NCBI GenBank assembly: GCA_003344405.1
Contig: NOWV01000121.1
Span: 1-64,000 of the forward strand
Direction of reading: 5' to 3'
Source: Trichoplax sp. H2
Taxonomy: Eukaryota
Length of the DNA: 64,000 nucleotides
In this document: positions 54,901-64,000 of the stretch, piece after piece
Layout: each line of letters opens with the position of its first letter
How positions within the stretch are numbered: position 1 is the stretch's first letter
The notes under the pieces: generated by a model
The model's input: only the letters and a program-made list of their open reading frames with translations
Databases searched by the model: none
Told to the model about the DNA's origin: nothing
Translations under genes and position numbers: made by a program

Positions 54901-57900
54901 CACCAGGTAACATGTAGTACTTGCTTTTGACACTTTAAAGGAAATCGTTCTCATACTGTACACATTGTCATAGGTCGCAGCCTTTACCAATTTTATTGAG
55001 CCTTTAACAAACGCTGCCATTGGAGCGGCATCAGTAATGAATAATCAATCACAACAAAGGAATTTGCTAGATCAAACTAAGACCGTTACTGAAGCTCTCT
55101 ATAGCTTGATGTCGGCGGCAAAAGAAGCCGGAGGAAACGTCAAGGTTTGTACATTTGTGAAATATCGTATTAAAATCCGTTTTTAAGGTTCTTGCTGATA
55201 CATAAGTTAATATGTGTTAGTGATTTTATAACATATCAGATGCTATATTATTACAACTCTATGATTACGTAGATTATACTTTAACTGATGCCGTTTTGCT
55301 TTATAAAGGCTACCATCCAACATGAACATGTTAACGAATCCAGAAGCGAAGTTTGCGATGCCTTAAACGATCTAAGAAAGACTCTTGAAAAAGCTAGTAG
55401 TAATGCAAGCGTCATAAAGCAGTATATTGAAAATATTAATAAAGCAATGGAAAAAGTATGTAACATCATTAAAATGTACTCTGATAAAATAAATGATGCG
55501 CTGTAATTTTAATTATTTGTTATTATTTGTGCAGGCATCAAATATTGTTGAGGCCAAGCCAGAGCACTCTTTTGTGGATTATCAAACACGAATTGCTCGA
55601 ACTGCTAAGGCTATAGCTACTTGTAGTCAGGACATGGTATGGCTTTTTTCTCTTATCATGTAGAATTCTTGCGCCGTTTTACTATTATCAACAATGATTT
55701 ATTAGGTTGGAAAATCGGCTACCAATCCGCAAGATCTTATTCCTCTTACCGGAAATTTAGCCAAGAGTTATATATCTTTGGCTGATGATACACGATGCGC
55801 TGTCGTGACGATTGGAAATGCAGAGGTATACTATCACTGCATCTAGACTCACAAATAGACGATAGCTCATAACTCACTCATCGTGTAGTGAAATCCATGT
55901 TAAGGTATACAATTCATAAAATGTAGGTATCGACAAGAATAAAAACCTCAGTTTATGAAGTGGGAAAATCTTCATTAGCGCTTACCAAGTTATGTGGACT
56001 TGTGGAGTCTGATCCTGATGATCAATCCTTAAAAAGAAAACTAGCTGACAGTGCTAGAAGTTTAGCTGAGAATGTTAGCACTAAAGTTATTAAAGTTGAC
56101 TTTCATGTTTTTCCTTTCACTTAAATTACGACATTCTTTACATTCAATAGGTTTCCTATTTAATGGCTGCAATGCAATCGGGATCAAGAGGTACCCAGGC
56201 ATGTATTGATGGTTGTACTATACTTTCTGGTTTAATTGGTGACCTGAGTACATACAGCATGTTTGCCTCTGCTGGGACGCTCGAAAGTGAAGTTGAAAAT
56301 GATTCTTTTGTAAATTACCGGTACGTGACATCTAAGTTCGTTCAGTTGATAGAAATCTTTTCTACGTCTCTTATCATAATGCTATTGACATTTCGTAAAC
56401 AGAGATGAAATCTTACTGGCCGCAAAATCTTTGGCTGAAGATTGCTCAAAACTGACTGCCAGCTCGTCGTTTACGCAGGAGCAGCTTGCAGATGATATTC
56501 ATAAAATTATTGATCGAATATCCTGTCTTAGCAACAGTATTAAACTAGGAGCGTCTGCCCTCCCAGTAGCTGAATTGGATACTCAAGTTGGTGCTCATAA
56601 GTTATCAATTTATGGCTTAAGCAATTATTACTTAGTTCAAATTCGTTGATAATTTACTGTATAGAAATCTTTTATAACAATGTAGGTTATGCTCTTAAAC
56701 AGCGCTATGGATGTAGCAGTTGCTTTAAATAATCTCCTAAATGCGACCAAAAGTGCATCTGGAAAGCCAGATTCAGATCCTAGTTTCGCGGAATTGAAAA
56801 CGAATGCAAAGGTAACTTCAAAAAAACTGTTTCTCTGATACAATTTTCAAAAAAAGAAAATCGCATTTGAAATGATGGATGTATCATTTCGATTTGCAAC
56901 CTCTAGAGTCTCGTAGAATCAGTATCGTCTTTAATTAAAACGGTGACGACTGTTGGAACATCCTCAGCGCGAGGCCTAAGAGCCCTAGAATCAACAATAA
57001 ATGCAATTAGCCACGAATTGAAGGTATTTTAGATACTGTCTACTTTATATCCAAAATTTTGATAATGAAAATTTAAAGTTTTATTATTGGGATTGATTGA
57101 TTAGTCAATCGACAAACCACCTGAAAATTCAGAGAGAAAAGTGACTCCGGAAGATTTAATCCGTAGTACTAAAGGAATTACCGTCGCCACTGCTAGGGCT
57201 GTTGCTTGTGGCAATTCTGGTAAACAAGAGGATATTCTTGCGGCTGCGAATGCTGGTCGACAAGCTGTATTCAATATGATTGAAATGGTCAAGGTTAATA
57301 TGAATATAAACTGAGTGTATTGTTTATGAAGAACCTCCTTTCATTTAAGAGAGGTAATGAATTTTTGTTCGTATATCGCAGCTTGCCGCACTCGAATGTA
57401 ATTTGGATGTTAAAACGGATCTCATAAGTTCATGTCAAGATTGCGTGAACTACTTCTTGAAATTATTGCAGTCTTTATCGCAGGTAAGTGTTGTTGCTAC
57501 TTTATTTATATTGCAATAGGTAAATAGTATAATATTAATTATTTTCTGTACGAACGTAAATGATTTAGACATTAGAGAATCCAACAACTGAACGAAAACA
57601 AAGTTTACCACTACAATCAAGATATGTTGCCTCAGCTGTTAGTGAATTAGTTAGAATCGCTCGCGAATTGAAAGGTTAGCATTGTTTGATAATGTTAATG
57701 TAATGTATTATGTACTAAAGCTAAACGATACGTAACATAATGTTTACAACAGGAAATGATTATGTGGATCCTGAAGATCCAGCTACTATGGCCGAAAATG
57801 AGCTTTTAAATGCTGCGGCTTCAATCGAAATGGCTGCTAAAAAGCTGGAAAAATTGAAGCCAAGACAGATGAAAAATGTGAAGTGCTAGATGGTTTTAAA

Positions 57901-58895
57901 CATATTAAATGGAATATATAAATTGATTGTAGTATTTTACTCATTTTAGAGTGCGGATGAGTCATTAAATTTTGAGGAACAAATTATAGAAGCAGCAAAA
58001 TCTATCACCTCTGCTACTGCATTACTTATAAAATGTGCTACAGTTGCTCAGAGGGAGCTAGTAGAACAAGGAAAGGTAATTTCGTTTGCTATTACTTTTT
58101 TCAATATTGATAATATTCGAATACTCTTGCTCACATACTGTACTTGTATATAGATAAAAGATATTAAAGGTGGTGAATCTACTCAGGAGGAATCTCAGTG
58201 GTCGGAAGGCTTGATTTCAGCTGTATGCCAATCTATATCATTCCTTACTATTATTTCTTAATTTGTATTAGCTATAGATGTAAATCAGTTTAAATTCTAT
58301 CGGATTTTAGGCACGTATGGTTGCAACTGCAGTTGGAGCTCTTTGTGATGCTGCTAATGCGGCAGTACAAGGAAATGCAAGTGTAGAACGCCTTGTTTCA
58401 TCGGCTAAGGCAGTGGCTGCTTCTACTGCTCAACTTCTTGTAGCATGTCAAGTTAAAGCTGACAAAGAGAGCAAATCGAATGCTAGACTTCAGGTAATGT
58501 TAGACTATTTGTCCTAGCTCCTATTTGAATGCAATACATAGAAATGTCTAGCGCTAACTTTGATTCTTATTCAGGCCGCTGGAAATGCTGTAAAAAAAGC
58601 AACAGATAGTCTGGTTAAAGCCGCTAAGGTTGCCCGTGGTGATCGCAATAGTGATCCAATTGGTCAACCTGTAATAGTTAATAAAAAATTAGTTGGAAGC
58701 TTAGCCCAAGAAATTGAGGCGCAAGAAGCGATTTTGAAAAAGGAAAGAGAATTAGAAGAAGCAAAGAAAAGGTTAGCTGCTATTCGTAAAGCGAAATATC
58801 ACCATGATTCACAAAATAAGCCTGGCAAGGGTAGCGAAACGCCTGAGACGAGTGGAAGTAGTAGTAGCGGATTGGATGCCTTTGGATCACAGTAA
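42949..58895 (+). CDS. TLN: Talin, full length (F0-F3 head, rod R1-R13 with I/LWEQ domain, dimerisation helix), ~58 coding exons
   Basis: Exon 1 MSQSLALRIV...KTMK (42949-43017), then FDSSSIIYDVC (45238), DYGLFLADEDPKKGIWL, RPLKVKMLDGTVKTVM, KLHTDDELNWL, DPVQLNLLYVQ, LKTYGVTFFVVKEKIKGKNKLAPRLLG, IRRWAAS, QLIAGYIDIIIKK. Rod segments DYTAIGSSVTTISSN, PLPGES, KRQFVLSAKDVAN, GTQACI, TPEDLIRSTKGIT, LNFEEQIIEAAKSI, AASTAQLLVACQVKAD and ILKKERELEEAKKRLAAIRK follow in order, collinear with animal talin. Stop TAA at 58893-58895. Confidence 0.97.
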
Positions 58896-59365
58896 AGCGT
58901 ATTTTAGCCGCAGTAGATATGTAGTTTAGTACTTCGTCTATGAAGGAACATTACCACCTTGGACGAGTAGCTTCGTGAAAGTACTATTTAATCAATTTTA
59001 TTATGATCATGGAAAATATAGTTTTTGGTTACATCCCACAATGGATTTTAATTTATAAATGTTTTGCTAATGTCCTCTGTGTATCCGATGGTAATATCCT
59101 TGATTCCGATAAGATACTTGATTTGCAGAATGCGTTAATACCAGGTAACCTGGACCCGGTTTTCCTAATCTTTTGAAAATGTTTGCTTAAGTAATTGTGA
59201 AACTTTATAACTGATCTAATCAATAATTTTAACCTATCAAAAATGTTAAAGGATACAATACCAGAATCGCTAAATATTTACAGTATCAGTTTTTAAACTT
59301 GGGTGAAACTTGATCTATAAATTGCCGTCCAATATTAAATGATTATGCCTTTGAAATATCAAAAC

Positions 59366-59382
59366 AATAAATTCGATTTATT
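59366..59382. terminator. Back-to-back AATAAA signals on opposite strands (candidate bidirectional polyadenylation site)
   Basis: AATAAA-TTCGA-TTTATT: + strand signal at 59366-59371 downstream of talin; - strand signal at 59377-59382 downstream of the - strand ORF ending at 59551. Confidence 0.35.
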
Positions 59383-59550
59383 AAATTGCGCTTGTTTGAT
59401 ACTTTTTTCGAAATTTATGCAGTGCGATACTAACTACTATAGCCAGTTTTAGAATTATTGGCCGGTCAGTTTTAGCTGCTCAAATTTATATGATGTAAGC
59501 GTCAATAAGTCAGCCGTCAGGTTATCTAGATCTTGCCCTTCTATTTATAG

Positions 59551-60222
59551 TCAAATACCCTTTTCGATTTTGCTTGAAGATATATTAAAATGTACGATTG
59601 AACTTGCTGTAAGTAGTAATTCTTCTACTTCAATTATAACACAAGATTCAAGATACTCCCGGTTACGTTGTATTCTTATATACTCATATTGGATTGCTAA
59701 TTGCAATAATTCAAATCTTAGACTCATCTCAGATATTGATAGCGATAAAACTTCTTGCATTTTCTTCATTTGAGATTCACTCCAGTAGCAATGTTTAAAT
59801 ATCTCAAGTGATGAGGAAACCGGTATTTCATTAATCAGAAAATAGTCTAACTATAAAGGAGAGACAATACTGAATGGTCATTTTGATTGTTATGATATCT
59901 ATTGCTAGTAGCATGTGTGTTGTTGACTTTCAGCTAAAGTAAGATAATTTTGGACACTAACATAATGTAATCAAGCATTTGTTACTCACTTTAGGTCCTT
60001 CAAGTTATATAACAGTAATGCTGTATGCAATAATTTCGTCAGATGGAACTTTTATGTCTATTGCTATTGATGTTTAAGTAGTATAGGAACCAAGATATTA
60101 AAACTACAAGGTAAAAAATTTACCGAAAATTAGAATAATCATACGTCCTCGAGCATATCTTGTCCATCATTTACTAATTTTTGGATTGATTGACATTGAG
60201 TTACACATCTTAGTAAAAGCAT
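59551..60222 (-). CDS. Possible 125-aa two-exon orphan gene, or alternative 3' exons of the TDRKH-like gene
   Basis: Exon 60222-60145 (MLLLRCVTQCQSIQKLVNDGQDMLED|gtatga) joins in phase 0 to a good acceptor (tctctcctttatag) and a 99-codon open exon 59850-59551 (LDYFLINEIP...KIEKGI*). No recognisable domain. Confidence 0.3.
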
Positions 60223-60763
60223 GATTTGACTTCATTTATGAATCGTGTACACTAAAATGTAACGTAGTATAGAAGTACAGCATAATTGCTGTTAGATCGT
60301 AAATTATAAACTTGTGTAAAGACAATTAAATAGCATAATCTATGTATACGCTATAGACGATAACAATAAAAAATTTCTAAATTTATACAAATAATCTCTT
60401 TTTGAGTCTTATATTAAAAGGCTATAAGTAGGGATCCAAATAGGTATCAGTCTTGCATTATTTACATAGAATGGTGATAATGTAATTGGTGTGAAAGGCA
60501 AAGATTTTTTCTAATGACAAATTAATATATCATCTCGTTGTCTTTCTAAACTTTCCACTTTAATTACTTGTATCGTGATAAGACAACTTTCATATAAAAT
60601 AAAATTGAATATTGAGAACATGATTTTTTATCGGATCTATTTTATACATATGCAGTTTAATTATCTTTATCTTTATAAAGTTAAATCATATTTTCATCAA
60701 AAGAAATTTATATATTGATTATGGGAGGTTTTTCAAAAGATATTTGTAGCACGACTGTTTATG

Positions 60764-63700
60764 TTAATCATCTTCATACTGACTTTCTTGAAAACTATCA
60801 ATTGCAGTCTTCATGTGTTCCGCATCATCCGATAGTAACTTCGCGGATTCCAATGACTCATAACCTGGTGTAACATTTAAAATTTACAGTGTTAAGTCCT
60901 ACATTTATTGTATCAACATTACATATATGAATGAATGATGATATTTTTTACGTTCATTCATGAACATACATGAATTCCCATCAGTAACTTCCAAAATCTG
61001 TTCACTGCTGTTGACATCAGGTAGTCCTAGTTTACGAGGACTAGATTCAGTTACGAAACCGTTGCCTATAAAATCGCTATTTTGACGAAATGAGAAACTG
61101 TCATCAATAACGTCTTCTACATGTCTATCCGACAGACAGGTCACGTTATCCTCCGTAGGATTATTGCAACTATTTGTGGCACGGTTGAAATTGTCATTGG
61201 ATAATTTAGAATCTCTATTTTCGAGAGTGTTAACGGAAGAATCGTTGTCGATTTGTGAACGGTCAGCAACAAACGATGCTGCTATTTCCTGCATTTCCAC
61301 ATTAGCAGAAATTACGGAAATAAGAGAAGCATCACTAGTCTTTTTCTTTGCACCATCATTTATGTTTCGCGAAGAAGAAAGTTCACTAACAGCCAAAGGA
61401 ACTTCCAAAGTTATTTGACATAAAGAAGCTTCATCTGTTACATCCGATAAGGGAGAAATTGTTTCATCTTTCAATACATATTCATCATTAATGCACTTGA
61501 CATAACCCGATTTGACAAGTTCATAATTAATATTAATATCCTATAATCAATATATGTCATAAAGATAATAAATTTAATTAGTTATTTCCATATATGGATA
61601 ACGGAAGCGTCTCACAGTCATCACAATATAGTCCATATCAGTATTAAATACTAAACACCATGCTAAGTAGCTAACCAGTGATTGACTTGTGTCGATAAGT
61701 TCGATTAAAGGTAGACTAGTAGATTCTTCTGGCTGACTTTGAAAGTCTATAACCGTTGCGTATAGCTCGATTAGGTCTGGGTTATCAACGTATTGACGAA
61801 AATATTTGGTAGCTTCTTCCGACCAGTATTTTCCATCGGTAGGTTCTATATTCGCCAAGGAACATCTAACAGCTTGAAATTGCAGCATTCGAAACTCTGC
61901 ACTAAACATATCGTAGGACATATTAAATCAAACTATCAAGTTTAATGTCCGGTTGAATTGTTATCATAAAACATTGGCTTACCATAAAAATTTTAGCTTT
62001 GATTTGGGAACATCACCGATAGTATTCCCATAGTCTAATCGAAAAGCGTCTGCGGTATTTTCATCTATGATGTTTATAAGTTTGACACGATACCATTTGT
62101 TGATGTTATTATCATAGTAAGCACAAAAATCACCAACACGGATATCATCCATGTCGTTGCTTTTATCTGCACTATAAAATTTGGTCAAACGATCCTCTAA
62201 ATTTTCAAAGTATACACGTTCTCTACTTAAAGGTTGAACCCAAAATTCTGACGGGGATTTAATAGCAGTTACATAAACCGGTTGAAATCCATCATTTTTG
62301 AATAGTTCCATAGTCACCGATACACCTTATAAAGGTCGAAGTAATGCAAATTTACTAATCTGTGCATAGATCTTTAAATTAATGGAGGTATCATTTAAAA
62401 ATCCTGCAAAATTATCGTATGCTAGTAATTCCGTTATATTTGTATAACCTGGAGCTTTAGTTTCCCTTTCTATAAACATTGCATCAGCACAACGAGATTC
62501 CACGTATGATTTAGCCTGTAGTACTGAAACCAAAATTATAAAAAGTTATTCGATGAAGATAAATGAGGTAAAATAACAGCAAACTATAATCTATACTACT
62601 GTACTTAGCTGCAATTTTACATAGCTTTCCTATTGTATGTCACATTCGATTATGCTAATTCATTTAAATGAGGAACATTTCAACTATTTAAGTATCCAAT
62701 TGGTGACCAACATACCATCATAGAGGTTACCAGTGATGACGCATAGACTATGTTCAGGACTGTATTGAAAATTAGGAGGTTCCAAAGCTATGCAAGCGCC
62801 AGTTTTCAATGTTAACCTTCTTAAGCAAGCTCCATGACGTCCCATAAATCGATCATACACTTCCATAGGAATTTTAACAATAGCAGTAAAGTCATCTATT
62901 CTACATTGTATAAATTCCGAAAGGGCAGATTCCGCAATTCGAACATTGTCTGAGCTGCCTTCAATGACGGCAATGTAATCTAATCCGTTATCCTACAAGT
63001 ATAAAATTCGATATTTATTGTCCATGGCAGCGCGTGCGATAGATCGCAATTATTACTGAAATTATTTTCTACTGCATTCTATTTACATCACATGCATGAC
63101 TGTAAATAATAAACCAAAAAATGATACTAGTGTATACCTAAAATAATGGAAACAGCAAGGTTGATACAAGATGTATACTACAGACATTGTGTAATACTAT
63201 TTGTGACAGGCTTATAACAATTCAGGTTTATCATCTCAATATAGGTATTTCATCAGAATTTTTAAGTTTGTAATTTTAGATAATATCAAATACATTGTAG
63301 TATATATCAAGTTGCAAGAGGGACACAGGATAATTGTTTCAATTAAGGAAAGATACGTTCTGTAAATTAAATAATGAAAGTGCTGGCTATTTCAGAAAGC
63401 TTACCTGTAATTTTACGTTTATCTTTACGTTCGCTTTCTCTTCAATGGAACGTAAGTTAGTTTTATTCTTGCCATGCACTTCGTTTATTATATCTGTAAA
63501 AAATTAATTACCATGGGTTATAATACGAACAACAGGACAACAGTCTTAGTACCTACTACTGTCAGTATTATCTCTAGGCCGACTAAAGTGTGTGCTCTAC
63601 AGGAAATTGTTTTACTTTCTTAATTAATTGCACCTCTTGCTAAATATACTACCGTGGCGGTATTTGTGGACAGCGGACACGCAGATTTATGCGTATATTA

Positions 63701-63975
63701 CAGTTATTACTTCAGTCATTCATTATAATTGCATTCTTATACAAGATCAACTCTGAGCAAGGAGTATTTTACTGTCGATCTTTCTAACAGTAATGAAATA
63801 TATCAGCATCAATAAATTAATTATAAAACAAACTATACAGTATACTGTAAGCGTATATGCGTCTAATCACGGCTCTCTCTCTGTAACACGGTTAATAGGT
63901 AAAGTACCTATATATGAGTATGGATATTAAAATAACGGTCATTGATTGAGCTTGTTCACTTTCATAATGATACAT
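60764..63975 (-). CDS. TDRKH: Tudor and KH domain-containing protein (TDRKH/TDRD2/PAPI-like); 5' end tentative
   Basis: KH1 (63597-63553, 63493-63405 and start of 62992-62731: IINEVHGKNKTNLRSIEEKANVKINV...IEGSSDNVRIAE); KH2 (VKIPMEVYDRFMGRHGACLRRLTLKTGACI); extended Tudor (VYVTAIKSPSEFWVQ, VGDFCA..KWYRV, LDYGN, FQAVRCSLANIEP, WSEEATKYF, INYELVKSG); acidic Ser-rich tail; last exon ending ...QYEDD* at 60764. Putative first exon MYHYESEQAQSMTVILISILIY at 63975-63908 is uncertain, as is the KH2 C-terminal junction. Confidence 0.8.
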
Positions 63976-64000
63976 TCTCTCCAGAGTCTCTCATCTGTAC

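Noticed and set aside
47936-57292. Many short minus-strand ORFs over talin, and similar ones at 4163, 6065, 6147, 36753 and 61164
   Set aside because: Antisense or off-frame shadows of real exons.
62318-62449. In-frame TAA between two TDRKH ORFs as stop-codon readthrough or pseudogenisation
   Set aside because: A phase-1 GT-AG intron (CCA G|gttata...ttataag|GT GTA, ~62449-62326) removes the stop.

Overview
AT-rich, intron-dense animal genomic DNA with short GT-AG introns. Its style suggests a compact early-branching metazoan such as a placozoan, but that taxon call is an inference I could not verify. Left to right: (1) an 89-bp palindromic MITE-like element with TGT..ACA ends and a 4-bp target-site duplication (478-566). 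(2) Three tandem + strand type II membrane M1 zinc aminopeptidase genes that I could splice to intact ORFs by hand (1804-8526, 11302-18234, 33683-40412), each with a different GXMEN motif (GGMEN, SAMEN, GAMEN). (3) Between the second and third, two paralogous single-exon microprotein ORFs (66 and 70 aa) with a C-terminal transmembrane helix and codon-level signs of purifying selection; one carries a phospholamban-like RRxST motif. These are the best candidate for an undescribed system here. (4) Local tandem duplications, plus a duplication across a 20-N gap that probably represents two haplotypes, one with a 405-bp indel. (5) A full-length talin gene of about 58 coding exons (42949-58895). (6) A possible small orphan gene and a convergent KH-KH-Tudor (TDRKH/PAPI-like) gene on the - strand. 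All exon models are manual and unsupported by transcript data.
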